Of a DNA stretch of 33,960 bases, positions 1 to 9,661 are shown one piece after another. The stretch comes from Gemmatimonadaceae bacterium (lineage in GTDB: Bacteria > Gemmatimonadota > Gemmatimonadetes > Gemmatimonadales > Gemmatimonadaceae). Below the pieces are notes generated by a model. That model did not search any database. It saw only the letters and a list, made by a program, of their open reading frames with translations, and was not told where the DNA came from. The stretch spans positions 1 to 33,960 of the forward strand of contig JBGAJQ010000058.1 of the NCBI GenBank assembly GCA_044224875.1, read 5' to 3'. The translations under genes were made by a program, and so were the position numbers. The first letter of the stretch is position 1. Each line of letters opens with the position of its first letter.

Positions 1-18
1 TGAGGTTCGTCGGCCGGC

Positions 19-250
19 TCACGCCGGCACCGTGCGCAGAAAGCGACCGAGGACGTCCTCCCACCCTTCGTCGCTCACGGCGCCGGTGAGTGATTTGGGG
101 AGTGTGTGGCGCTGGCTCTCGTCCGACACTGCTTCAAGTACCGACGGATGAATGTAGCAGCTCCGACAGACGGCCGGCGTATTGCGTAGTGTGTCAGCGA
201 CGTGCCGCACGAGGGCGACTCCGAACGCCTTCGCCGGAGTCTCGCGGTCC
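19..250 (-). pseudogene. C-terminal remnant of bacterial (poxvirus-like) DNA topoisomerase IB
   Basis: ORF 19..366 contains VRHVADTLRNTPAVCRSCYIHPSVLEA, matching the bacterial TopIB motif VA..LGNTPAVCR.(S/C)YIHP.V with the catalytic Tyr. The preceding KDFRTW motif and the N-terminal part are not recognisable, so this is a fragment. Confidence 0.75.
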
Positions 251-538
251 GGCTGCGTCACATGCTCGTCCGACGCACCGATCGCCCTCGACTCCGCGTC
301 AGGATCCTCTTGCTGTGGACGGTGACTTGCGCGGCAATGCCGAACGCGCAGCGCCCTCGGCAACACTCAAGACGCCGGGCACTGTATGGGGGGGTAGCTT
401 GTTCGGTGCTGGACGCTTCGCGCGTCATGGGCCGGTGCCTTCACACCTAACGACACCATTCGCGTCGACGGCGGAGTGGACTCCGTGCGCCGGTCGGTTT
501 TGCCTTGGACAGCACACGCTTCGGCGTGAGCTACCGCG

Positions 539-1450
539 TTGGGGCTCGGCGCCGACTCGGAGATCATGCGCAACATGCGGATCGACGTGGTTGTGGAGGT
601 CCGGCGTGGCACCTTCGCACGCTCGGCGGACGCCAATGTGGAAGTGTATGGGGACCTGCGCGTGCGCACCGAGCCGCCCAAGGTCGACTTCATCGTCACC
701 GGCGCGCTGCACTCGGACCGTGGGAGCTACACGTTGTATGGCAAGCGTTTCGACGTCTCCAGCGGCACCGTGCGTTTTGTGGGGGGCGACGAGTTGAACC
801 CGTCGCTGCAGCTGCTCGCCAACTATCAGGTGCAACAAGCCGGGCGCGCGCCGCTGGAGATCCGCGTGGTGATCGGTGGTACACTGGACCGGCCGTCCAT
901 ATCGCTGGAGAGCGACGCGCAACCGACGCTATCGCAGTCCGACCTGATCGCGTTCCTGGCGTTTGGCCGATCGTCGTCTTCCCTGTTGCAGTTCTCGGGG
1001 ACCGGATTGGAAGGCGGTGGAGCTGGTGGATCGTCCCTCGCCGGCAACGTCGCCGCGTTGGCCCGCCGTCAGCTGGCGAGCATTGCGATCGGCGCGATGA
1101 TCGACGAGATCCGGAGTGAGCTGGCGAATGCGACGCGGGCGGACGTCCTGAACATCACGCCGGCGCAGCTGCCGGCCGATGTGTCGCTGGGAGGGCTGGA
1201 GACGGTGTTGCGCGGGACGGAGATCGAGTTCGGGCGATACCTGAACGAGCGGACCTTTGTGCTGGGGCGCATCCGGCCGTCGCTGACGCTCCCTGGTGCG
1301 TTTGTGGAGCATCGTTTGAGTCCGCACCTGTTGGCGCGGGCGAGTGTGGAGACGCGGTTGCAGGCGACGACGCCGTCGTTGAGTAAGGGGGTGACGCCGC
1401 GGAGTCTGCAGATCATTGGGGCGTTGATGACGTGGTCGTTTTCGTGGTAA
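539..1450 (+). pseudogene. tamB: 5'-truncated translocation/assembly module TamB (DUF490 C-terminal region)
   Basis: Typical DUF490 text (GSYTLYGKRFDVSSGTVRFVG..LNPSLQL; IGGTLDRPSISLESDAQPTLSQSDLIAFLAFGR; EFGRYL..). An in-frame TGA at 527-529 limits it to about 300 aa, whereas TamB is normally over 1000 aa. Confidence 0.75.
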
Positions 1451-1616
1451 GGTGGTGGTAGCTGACTGAGGGAGAGGATGCCATTGCAGAGCTGTCCTGT
1501 TGCCGTTAGGTGCCCGACCCCGTGCCCATTGCGTGCGATCCAGGCCGGTTGTGGTGGATCGTCGGGCCCCTTGCCGACGCGCGGGGTATGACATATCCTC
1601 CTACCATGGGGGTGCT

Positions 1617-1859
1617 ATGCCGAAAGCCAAGGTGGCAGTGACGCTTGATACGCAGACGCTCCGACGCGTGGATCGGCTCGTCCGCGACGCCAAGTACCCG
1701 AATCGGAGCCAGGCCATCGAGGCCGCGGTCGCGGAGCAGTTGGATCGCTTGGAGCGGCGACGTCTGGTGGAGGAATGTGCCAAACTGGACCCGGACGCCG
1801 AGCGAGCCATGGCCGAAGAGGGATTGAGCGAGGATAGTGCCGGATGGCCGGAGTACTGA
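1617..1859 (+). CDS. Ribbon-helix-helix (CopG/MazE-type) antitoxin, 80 aa
   Basis: MPKAKVAVTLD..TLRRVDRLV....YPNRSQAIEAAV RHH pattern with an acidic C-terminus ending WPEY; overlaps the toxin start. Confidence 0.9.
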   Translation: MPKAKVAVTLDTQTLRRVDRLVRDAKYPNRSQAIEAAVAEQLDRLERRRLVEECAKLDPDAERAMAEEGLSEDSAGWPEY

Positions 1860-2182
1860 GGGGCGAGATCCGCTGGGCGGATCTCAACCCGACACGTGGG
1901 AACGAGCAAGCGGGGTTGCGCCCGGTGCTGATTCTGAGCCATGACATATTCAACGCGCGCTCCGGCACGGTGATCGCGGTCGCCTTGACGAGCCAGCCGC
2001 AACGCGCGGGGTTTCCGTTGACCCTCGAGTTGAATGCGCCGAAGCTGCCGAAGCGATCGTGGGTTAAGATCAGCCAAATTCGCACCCTGGCGGTGGAGCG
2101 GATTGGGAAGAGGCTAGGCCGCGCCTCACCGGAGGAACTCGCGCAGGTCATCGAGGGGCTTATCGAAATCGTCGGCGCCTAA
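1844..2182 (+). CDS. mazF: PemK/MazF family endoribonuclease toxin
   Basis: RGEIRWADLNPTRGNEQAGLRPVLILS..FN and SQIRTLAVERIG are hallmark PemK motifs. Confidence 0.95.
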   Translation: MAGVLRGEIRWADLNPTRGNEQAGLRPVLILSHDIFNARSGTVIAVALTSQPQRAGFPLTLELNAPKLPKRSWVKISQIRTLAVERIGKRLGRASPEELAQVIEGLIEIVGA

Positions 2183-2254
2183 CGTGGCCCGTTGTTACAC
2201 GGTTGGGGCCGTGAGCCACCTTGGCGCAGCGGCCCTAATATTCGAGGAGGAGAC

Positions 2255-2914
2255 GTGTCCCAATCGAGCCAGCTGGCGACCCCGCGCTACTTCCGCATCC
2301 TCGTGCACTTCCTCCGACGGCTCCCCGATTTTGATTTCGGGTTCATCACGCCGGTGCGCGAGGAAGCGGTGCGGCGGCTGGGGCTTCAACCGGGCGATCG
2401 CGCGCTGGACGTGGGCTGCGGACCAGGCGGAAGCTTGCCGGTCCTCCGCGCGGCGGTCGGCGCTGAGGGCGAGGTGGTTGGCGTGGAGATCAGTCCTCCA
2501 GTGGCCGCCTTGGCGAAGCGACGAATCGCCCGGCAGGGGTGGGACAACGTGTCGGTGCAGGTCGCCCCGGCACAGACGGTCGCGTTACACGGGCAGTACA
2601 ACGGGTTGCTGATGTTCGCCGCGCCGGACGTGTACGGGTCGCCAGCGGCGATGACGCATCTGGCCGCGCATCTTCGCCCGCAGGCGGGGGTGGCATTCTT
2701 CGGCGCGAAGCGTTCACAGGGGCGACTGGGGTGGGTGTTGAATGGACCGATGCGCGTGCTGATGCCGCGCATCTCGTTCGCGACGACGCCGGTCCCGACG
2801 GAAGCACCGTGGGCGGCGTGGGCGCCACTGCTCGAGGACCTGCAAGTCCGGGAGTACTTCTTCGGGTGGATGTTCCTGGCGACGGGTCGGTGGCGTGGCA
2901 CGCAGTCGGCCTGA
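2255..2914 (+). CDS. Class I SAM-dependent methyltransferase
   Basis: LDVGCGPG motif I and VVGVEIS motif II. GTG start at 2255 follows GGAGGAG. Confidence 0.88.
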   Translation: MSQSSQLATPRYFRILVHFLRRLPDFDFGFITPVREEAVRRLGLQPGDRALDVGCGPGGSLPVLRAAVGAEGEVVGVEISPPVAALAKRRIARQGWDNVSVQVAPAQTVALHGQYNGLLMFAAPDVYGSPAAMTHLAAHLRPQAGVAFFGAKRSQGRLGWVLNGPMRVLMPRISFATTPVPTEAPWAAWAPLLEDLQVREYFFGWMFLATGRWRGTQSA

Positions 2915-3266
2915 CAGGGCGCGCAAGCAGGTGAACGTGGGTCGTTATGCGGTCGAGGGCACACTCAATGAGATTCCTGGATTGTTCGCTGACGCTAGCC
3001 TGACTCTCTGCGGCGCTCGACTCCTTGGCTGCGCAGGGCCAGCGCCTATTCCACAGGCAGTGTGTCGTGCGGGGGGTGAGACCCGGGTTCGAGCGCCAGG
3101 ACCTTGCGCGCACTTCACGCTTGCTGGTCTGGCGAAAGGCGCACGCCGGGGCCCAACATTACCGTGGCGGGGGCGGTCGCGTGCCTCGCCCCATCGCCGG
3201 GCGCCCCCAGCGACGGCGCGCGATCCCTCTCCCGTCAACGTTGCATATGACGACATGCCCCTCCCC

Positions 3267-3788
3267 ATGCGCCTCTTTTTCCCCCTCCTCAGCCTCATCG
3301 CCGCCCCCGCGACCGCCCAGTCCCACCCCACCCTGGCCGGCGAATGGGTCCGTGTCGACAGCACCCCCGCCAGGCCCACCGTGGCCACCGCAGGCGATGC
3401 GACCTTCCGCGTCGGTGACATGGGATCCGGCTGGGGAACGCCACTCACCATCCGTCAAACAACAGACTCCCTCATCGTCGAATACGCGCAGTTCTCCACC
3501 TACGACCTGCAGCCGCGGCAGCGCTTCGCCTTCGCGCTGGACGGGAGCGAGACGCGCAACCGCGTGACGGTGGGACACGCCGAGTCGCTGCAGCGCGCGC
3601 GCGCCGTGTGGCGAGGGGGCGAACTCGTGATCACGACGCTCCATCCCACGCCGGCCGAAGTCTCGCGCACCCCCACACAGGTACAACAAGTGCTGTCGCT
3701 CGACGCCAGTGGGCAGCTGGTCGTGGAAACGACGCGCCCGGGCTACCACGGGGCAAACGTCGTGCGCACCGTCTACGCCAAGCGCTGA
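3267..3788 (+). CDS. Secreted hypothetical protein (small beta-barrel-like)
   Basis: Signal peptide MRLFFPLLSLIAAPATA-Q, then LAGEW and a C-terminal RTVYAKR. Alternative ATG at 3255. Confidence 0.75.
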   Translation: MRLFFPLLSLIAAPATAQSHPTLAGEWVRVDSTPARPTVATAGDATFRVGDMGSGWGTPLTIRQTTDSLIVEYAQFSTYDLQPRQRFAFALDGSETRNRVTVGHAESLQRARAVWRGGELVITTLHPTPAEVSRTPTQVQQVLSLDASGQLVVETTRPGYHGANVVRTVYAKR

Positions 3789-3842
3789 TGGCGACTGCCT
3801 AACACCGTCCGCCTGCCGTGCGTTCGGCACTAATACACGGCG

Positions 3843-5261
3843 CTACGGCTTCGCGGACGGCTGGTAGGGGTCGCGCGCGCCGACGGGGACATTGGGGTAA
3901 CGCTTGACACTCTCGTCGAACACCCCAACCAATGAATCGAAGTGGGCAATGGCCCACGGGTTCACATCCTTGAGGTCCGTCTCCTCCCGCGGGTCGGAGC
4001 GCAGGTTGAACAGGCGCATCAGCGGCGGCTCGGTCACACGTGGCTCTGGCTGGAAGGCGTAGTGGAACTTCCAATCATTCCACTTCACCGCGCGCACCTG
4101 GTTGCCGGTGAAGCTGAGCACAGTCTCGCGCGCCGAGCGTGGCTGCTGCCGGGTGAGGTACGCCAGCTGGTTGATGCCATCGAACGGACGGTCGTTAGGG
4201 ACGATGTTGCCCCCGACGGCTGCGGCAATGGTGGGGAAGATGTCCATCTCGTGGATGATTCCATTGAGCTTCTGCCCACGCGGAATGCGACCCACCCAGC
4301 GCACGACGCACGGTGTACGCACACCGCCTTCCATCACGGTGTTGTAGAAACCGCGCCAAGGCCCTGACGTCCCGCGCCACGGACGCCGTCCCTCGGCGCC
4401 ATTGTCGGTGCACCAGAAGACCAGCGTGTTCTGGTCCAGGCCAAGACGATGCAATGCCCCGGTGATGAGACCGACGTTGTAGTCGACGTCGGCCATCGAG
4501 TCGCCGATGTCGCCCGCTCCTGTCTTCCCCGCGAAGTCGGGGTGTGCAAGTGTGGGGAAATGGATCTGCGTCATCGGGTAGTACAGGAAGAACGGCTTTC
4601 CGGCGCGCGCGTTCTTCTCGATGAACGCGACGCCGCGGCGCGCGGCCTCACGATCGACCAGTCGGCGCGTTTGGGTATCGAAGATCGAGGCGCGGCGTGG
4701 CGCCTCGCCCGCCTTCTGCTCCCAGATGAACGATGAGTCGTTGGGCGCCGGGCGCAGCTCGGGCGCCTGCATCCACTGTGCCTCGTTGCTGGTGTTGGGG
4801 ATTCCGTACCACTCGTCGAAGCCCTGGTCGATGGGCGTGCGCCCCTTCACCCAGTCGGTCCCCCCCAAATGCCACTTGCCATACAGCGCCGTGGAGTAGC
4901 CGAGCCCCTTGAGGGCATCGGCGATCGTGACTTCCCAGAGCGTGAAGCCCGTCCCCTGCGTGGCGCCGGTGCGAATGGCGTAACGCCCCGTCAGCAGGGC
5001 GGCGCGCGAGACGGTGCAGGAGAACTCGACGTTGAAGTTGTCGAGACGAGCCCCCTGCGCGGCGATGCTGTCGATGTTGGGCGTGGGAACGCCGCGCACG
5101 CTGCCGTACGCGCCCACCTCGCCCCACCCCAGGTTGTCCGGGAAGATGAGGACGATATTGGGGCGTTGCGGCTGGCGGGGCGTGCGCTGGGCGGCGACGG
5201 GTGCGGCTGTCGCCAGCGTGAGAAGCGTCGCGAGTGTCAGCAGCGATGGGCGCAGGCGCAT
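3843..5261 (-). CDS. Secreted arylsulfatase-family protein
   Basis: Signal peptide, RPNIVLIFPDNLGWGE, CTVSRAALLTGRY, GYSTALYGKWHLG, TDNG, LFNLRSDPREE. Confidence 0.93.
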   Translation of the reverse strand: MRLRPSLLTLATLLTLATAAPVAAQRTPRQPQRPNIVLIFPDNLGWGEVGAYGSVRGVPTPNIDSIAAQGARLDNFNVEFSCTVSRAALLTGRYAIRTGATQGTGFTLWEVTIADALKGLGYSTALYGKWHLGGTDWVKGRTPIDQGFDEWYGIPNTSNEAQWMQAPELRPAPNDSSFIWEQKAGEAPRRASIFDTQTRRLVDREAARRGVAFIEKNARAGKPFFLYYPMTQIHFPTLAHPDFAGKTGAGDIGDSMADVDYNVGLITGALHRLGLDQNTLVFWCTDNGAEGRRPWRGTSGPWRGFYNTVMEGGVRTPCVVRWVGRIPRGQKLNGIIHEMDIFPTIAAAVGGNIVPNDRPFDGINQLAYLTRQQPRSARETVLSFTGNQVRAVKWNDWKFHYAFQPEPRVTEPPLMRLFNLRSDPREETDLKDVNPWAIAHFDSLVGVFDESVKRYPNVPVGARDPYQPSAKP

Positions 5262-5348
5262 GGTCTGGTCTCTGGACACGTGAGGCGCGCGAAGCTTAGC
5301 GTGAGCGGCGGCGATTGTCACGGTGCGCGCTGATTTCGACGTCGTGCG

Positions 5349-5867
5349 CTAGGGCTGAGCCGGACCTCGCTTGGGCGCTCCCGTCCGGCTCGTGTTGTAC
5401 GCCGGCGGATCGGAAGCCGGGAAGGACTCCACATCCGCCTCCTCCACCGGATCATTCGTTTCGATCGGCGGTGGTTCGACCGCCCGCTCCGCGGTGCTCA
5501 GCAGCTGGCCCTGAGCGGCCACGTTCAACGCCGTCGGATGCCGCGGTTCATAGAGACCAAGCATGGCGCCACTGGGGAGTTGCAGCTGCGTGACCATCCC
5601 CCAGCCTCGGTCGTGAATCTCTCCGACCACCACACCCTTCCCCTTCAACTCGGCGACGGTGGCGTCCAGGTTGTCACACATCAGGTAAAACTCGTGATAC
5701 TCCTCGTCATCGGCTGGATGGACGGCGAGTTCAGCTGGCGGAGCGGCGAAGATGAGCCAGCCACGCCCGGCGTCGACAGCGGGGAATCCAAGAACGTCCT
5801 TGAAGAAGGCGCGCGTTTCTTCGGCCCGCTTGGAATAGACGAGCGTGTGCATGCCGATGATGGGCAT
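5349..5867 (-). CDS. VOC/glyoxalase family protein with C-terminal 'ESFPASDPP' tail
   Basis: HTLVYS..AEETRAFFKDVLGF, LAVHP, GLYEPRHP, followed by an extra tail DPVEEADVESFPASDPPAY. Confidence 0.85.
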   Translation of the reverse strand: MPIIGMHTLVYSKRAEETRAFFKDVLGFPAVDAGRGWLIFAAPPAELAVHPADDEEYHEFYLMCDNLDATVAELKGKGVVVGEIHDRGWGMVTQLQLPSGAMLGLYEPRHPTALNVAAQGQLLSTAERAVEPPPIETNDPVEEADVESFPASDPPAYNTSRTGAPKRGPAQP

Positions 5868-6139
5868 TGGTGCCTCCAGGGCTCTGCCCCAATATGCACC
5901 GTCGTGTGCGCTCCTGCCTCTCTCTTTCTGGGCAATAGCGCTCGGCGATGGAGGCGCCTTCCCTACCCCTCAACTACTTGGCGCCCGCGGTGCGTCGTGG
6001 GATCCCCTTCAGCTCTGGCCGGTGGCGACGCAGACGCTCGGCCGCGCGCGCTCAGGAGATTGCCGTTCGACGATTCCCAATGAATCCTAAGTGATGCAGC
6101 CACCCTCGCTCCAACTCTTCGACCACCCGGATCTGCACC

Positions 6140-6506
6140 ATGAACACCCTCCTCTGGATCCTCCAGGCACTCGGCGCCCTCGTGTACGGCGCGTCGGGCA
6201 TCATGAAGGTCTTCATGTTCGAGAAGGTGAGTAGCGACGTTCCGTCGTTTGGCGCGCTGCCGCGCAAGACGTGGTTGGCCATGGGCATGCTCGAACTCGT
6301 GTGCGTGGTCGGGCTCATCGTCCCTGCTTCGGTGGCACCCGCACCTGACGGTTGTCGCAGCTGTCGCGTTGTCGGTGGAGAGCCTCGTGTTCATCTGGGT
6401 GCACATCACGTATCGCGAGATTCCGGCGATCATCATGAGTGCGGGACTGGGTCTACTCATGGCGTTCATTGCGTACGGCCGAGGAGTGTTGGCGCCAATC
6501 GTCTAG
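6140..6506 (+). pseudogene. DoxX-like membrane protein split by a frameshift near 6325-6330
   Basis: MNTLLWILQALGALVYGASGIMK..LELVCVVGLIVPA in one frame continues as LRWHPHLTVVAA..FIAYGR in the +1 frame. Confidence 0.8.
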
Positions 6507-6666
6507 CCACGAGGAACGATCGCCGTGAGCCGTACGAGGTCCTGGCAATCCATGAAGTACGAGAGGGCCGGATCTAGCGGGTTCGTTTCGCTCGACCGTA
6601 GGGGTTGTGTTCGTGGTCTGATCTCACCAATGCACGCTGCAACTTCACCGTCACTGGAGAATAGAC

Positions 6667-7104
6667 ATGACGACCGGGCCGTTGACGTTCACCTACTACA
6701 TTGCGGCCCCCGTGGAAAAGGTCTGGGAGGGCTTTGTCTCCAAGGAGTCGAATCAAGTGATCTTCATGGGCGCCGACTTCGAAATCGAACTGAAGCCCGG
6801 TGGGACGATGTCCTGGTCGGGCCCGGGCAAGGATGGGACTCGCATGCGCTATGTGACGGGTGAGGTGCTTCGTGCGGATGCGCCAAGGCTGCTGGAGTAC
6901 AAGTTCGGGATGGGGGACGGGAAGGTGATGTCGAGAGTGAAGGTGGAACTCACCCCGGAGACTGAGGCGGTGAAGGTTGTGGTTACGAACGATGGCTGGA
7001 CGGAGAATGATCCCGCCTACACGCAGAATGCAGAGGGTTGGCCACGCATTCTCTCGCGATTGAAGACACTGCTGGAGACCGGGAAGACATTCCGACCGCA
7101 CTAG
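6667..7104 (+). CDS. SRPBCC/AHSA1 (START-like) domain protein
   Basis: YIAAPVEKVWE start and C-terminal GWPRILSRLKTLLETG; RBS GGAGA upstream. Confidence 0.9.
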   Translation: MTTGPLTFTYYIAAPVEKVWEGFVSKESNQVIFMGADFEIELKPGGTMSWSGPGKDGTRMRYVTGEVLRADAPRLLEYKFGMGDGKVMSRVKVELTPETEAVKVVVTNDGWTENDPAYTQNAEGWPRILSRLKTLLETGKTFRPH

Positions 7105-7148
7105 CCCCGTGATCCAGCCGCGCCTGCTCGCACCATCCGAGCCCTGAC

Positions 7149-7553
7149 GTGACGCAACATCTGGCACTCGTATCGCTTGTCGTGCGTGATTACGACGAGG
7201 CGATTGCGTTCTACGTCGGAAAGCTCGGGTTTGCACTCGTCGAAGACACGTACCAGCCTGCGCAGCAGAAGCGCTGGGTGGTCGTGTCACCGCCAGGAGC
7301 GACCGAGTCACGCATTCTGCTCGCCAAGGCCTCCAACGACGAGCAGAATTCCCGCATTGGAAATCAGACGGGCGGCCGGGTCTTTCTCTTTCTCTTCACC
7401 GACGACTTCCGGAGGGATTACGAGGCCTATCGGTCGCGTGGCATCGTGTTCGTCCGCAAGCCAAAGGTCGAGTCGTATGGCACCGTGGCGGTGTTCGTCG
7501 ATCTCTACGGCAATCAGTGGGACCTGGTTCAGCCCAGCTCGCCTGGCGCCTAA
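7149..7553 (+). CDS. VOC/glyoxalase family protein
   Basis: LVVRDYDEAIAFYVGKLGF, GNQTGGRVFLFL, YGTVAVFVDLYGNQWDL. Confidence 0.93.
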   Translation: MTQHLALVSLVVRDYDEAIAFYVGKLGFALVEDTYQPAQQKRWVVVSPPGATESRILLAKASNDEQNSRIGNQTGGRVFLFLFTDDFRRDYEAYRSRGIVFVRKPKVESYGTVAVFVDLYGNQWDLVQPSSPGA

Positions 7554-7738
7554 CGTGATGCGCGTGGGTGCCGACACCCTGACGTGAACATCTCGACTGC
7601 CGCATGAGCTCCAACCGCTCGGTGCTTCAGCCAGCACCTCACACAGACATTCTGAGCGAGGCCACTACCATGCATTCGCCCGACGTTCGCCATGACGCCG
7701 AGCGTTACGCGCGTCGCTTGTGACACGAGGCGGTGTCG

Positions 7739-9088
7739 TTAGGGTATCACCTGCACCACCAGTGTCTGCGTCCCCGTCGTTCCATCCTTGTCCGTGATCT
7801 CCAGTTTGAACGTGTAGGTTCCCACCGCGCCCGCGGTGAGGTTCACCACCTGCGTAGCACCTGGCGGCGGCTGGTTGGGCCGCGTCCCCTGCTGCAGCAA
7901 CGTGGAATTCCGGAAGAACTTGTAGCTCCACGGTCCGTCCACCGTCCCCTTGTCACTGAAGCCGGCGCGCAGCGTGAGTGGCTGGCCCGTGTGAATCGGT
8001 GGCACCGACTGCAGAGTGAGCGTCGGCACCGGCGCGACGTTGCCGATGGTGGCCGCCGTGCTGGCGGTGGCAGTGCCCGCACCATCGGTAACCGTCAGCG
8101 CCACCGTGTAGACGCCGTTGTCGGCATAGGTATGGCTGGGCGTTGCCCCTGAGCCATGTGGGGTGCCATCGCCAAAGTCCCAGTCGAAGACCGGGGCCCC
8201 GGTAGTGTTGGTGGCTGAACCGGAGAAGCTGACGGACGTCCCCTCGGTTCCCGTCACCGGCGCACCGGCGCTGGCGGAAAGACCGCACCCGCCGCCGATG
8301 CCGGCATTGTACAGGCCCAGCACCTCGGCGGCGGTCAGCACTCGGCCGTAGATCTGGACGTCATCGATACGCCCCTTGAAGGCGCCGGCCAGGCTTCCGC
8401 TAAAGCTGTTCGTCGGACGGTTGCCGATGTGGAGATCGGTGCTTGTGCCCGATGTGAACAATGGCAACGTCGGCGATTGGATCGGCACGCCGTTCACGTA
8501 CACCACGGCGGCCCCCGTCGTCTTGTTGTAACTGACGGCAATGTGATTCCACGCCAGCTGCGTCAGGGCCGTGGGAGAGGCAATCAGGTGCTGCGTGCCG
8601 TTCAGCTCCACCAGATTGACGTGAAGGCCTGTGAGTCCGCCGCCGGTGTTGAAGTTCCAGACGTGGACGCCATTGACCCATTCGATGATCGGGCCAGCGC
8701 CGCGATTCCCGGTGTTCCCCGAGCCCTCCGGACGGACCCACGCCTGCAGTGTGTAGCCAGTGCCGGCGCCGACGTTCAGATTCGCCTTCGTTCCCACGGA
8801 GACGTCATCGTTGACGCCATCCATGAGGAACGCGTTGTTGATCTGTCCCTGCGCGAATGCGACGCCGTTCAGTAGTGTGGCGTTGTTGCCGCCGACGGCA
8901 TCGGTGCCGGTGTTGTCCCCTTTCCACCACGAAATGAGCCCAGTCGGAGGAGCCGGGCAAACGGCGACGCGTGCACCCAGAGCGGTTGTGTTGAACGGGC
9001 GAGCGACGTCTCGCGGTTGAAGGACGCTGTCCGACTGACATGCCGCCAGGAGCGTGCTCGACAGTAAAAGCGCAAACGTTTTCCGCAT
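7739..9088 (-). CDS. Lipoprotein with LamG-like (concanavalin) domain and PKD domain
   Basis: Lipobox LLAAC; GLISWWKGD..WNHIAVSY..YVNG..FKGRIDDVQIYGRVLT (LamG); WDFGDG..HTYADNGVYTVALTVTD (PKD). Confidence 0.9.
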   Translation of the reverse strand: MRKTFALLLSSTLLAACQSDSVLQPRDVARPFNTTALGARVAVCPAPPTGLISWWKGDNTGTDAVGGNNATLLNGVAFAQGQINNAFLMDGVNDDVSVGTKANLNVGAGTGYTLQAWVRPEGSGNTGNRGAGPIIEWVNGVHVWNFNTGGGLTGLHVNLVELNGTQHLIASPTALTQLAWNHIAVSYNKTTGAAVVYVNGVPIQSPTLPLFTSGTSTDLHIGNRPTNSFSGSLAGAFKGRIDDVQIYGRVLTAAEVLGLYNAGIGGGCGLSASAGAPVTGTEGTSVSFSGSATNTTGAPVFDWDFGDGTPHGSGATPSHTYADNGVYTVALTVTDGAGTATASTAATIGNVAPVPTLTLQSVPPIHTGQPLTLRAGFSDKGTVDGPWSYKFFRNSTLLQQGTRPNQPPPGATQVVNLTAGAVGTYTFKLEITDKDGTTGTQTLVVQVIP

Positions 9089-9487
9089 CGGGGGGCTCGG
9101 GCTGGAAATGTTGGGGGAGACTCACGCGGAGGGGTGCACCTCCCGTGCCGCGAGCGCAGTGGTTTCCCGCCTTCTTTCCACGTTCCGGCCGCCGGCTCGC
9201 ACGGAGACGATGAGCGCTCGGTGACTCGTCGGCAAGTGTCGTCAGCATGCACGCATCATATGCACGGCTGCAACACCCGAAGGGCTCACCCCTCCGGCGC
9301 AAGCGCTGGGTGCTGTCGCCTCCTCTGATCGCCGGCTACACTCATTGGTCGCAATAGGTTACAGAGTCCCGCGACCCGCGGTCTCCCGACCGTGGTCTGG
9401 TGTGTCGGCGCGGACCTGCGACGGGTAAAGTTGATGCAGCTCGTGCCCTGCTGACGATTGTTGTCGCTGACGCGGAGGTAAGTACAA

Positions 9488-9661
9488 ATGGTGAAGCTGA
9501 AGGACGGGGATCACTGCGTGGTGACGGCCGGAACACACAAGGGGAAGTCCGGCGTGGTCCGGGACATCAAGGTGAGCAAGACGGGCCACACGACCATCAC
9601 GGTGGTGCAGAGCAACGGCGATCGGGTCAAGACGCTTGCCAAGAACGTCATCCGTAAGTGA
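9488..9661 (+). CDS. Small stand-alone KOW-motif protein, 57 aa (not in ORF track)
   Basis: Translated by hand: MVKLKDGDHCVVTAGTHKGKSGVVRDIKVSKTGHTTITVVQSNGDRVKTLAKNVIRK. RBS GGAGGT upstream; KOW pattern GD.x.V..G.H.G..G.V. Confidence 0.88.
   Translation: MVKLKDGDHCVVTAGTHKGKSGVVRDIKVSKTGHTTITVVQSNGDRVKTLAKNVIRK

Noticed and set aside
3070..3100. GGGTTCGAG T-loop-like word suggesting a tRNA or att remnant
   Set aside because: No cloverleaf or acceptor stem can be formed.
9120..9180. Leader of the LamG-PKD gene with GGAAAC..GGCAC..GGAG.GTGCA words resembling a c-di-GMP-II riboswitch
   Set aside because: Spacing is too short and the required stems cannot be built; would need Infernal to support.
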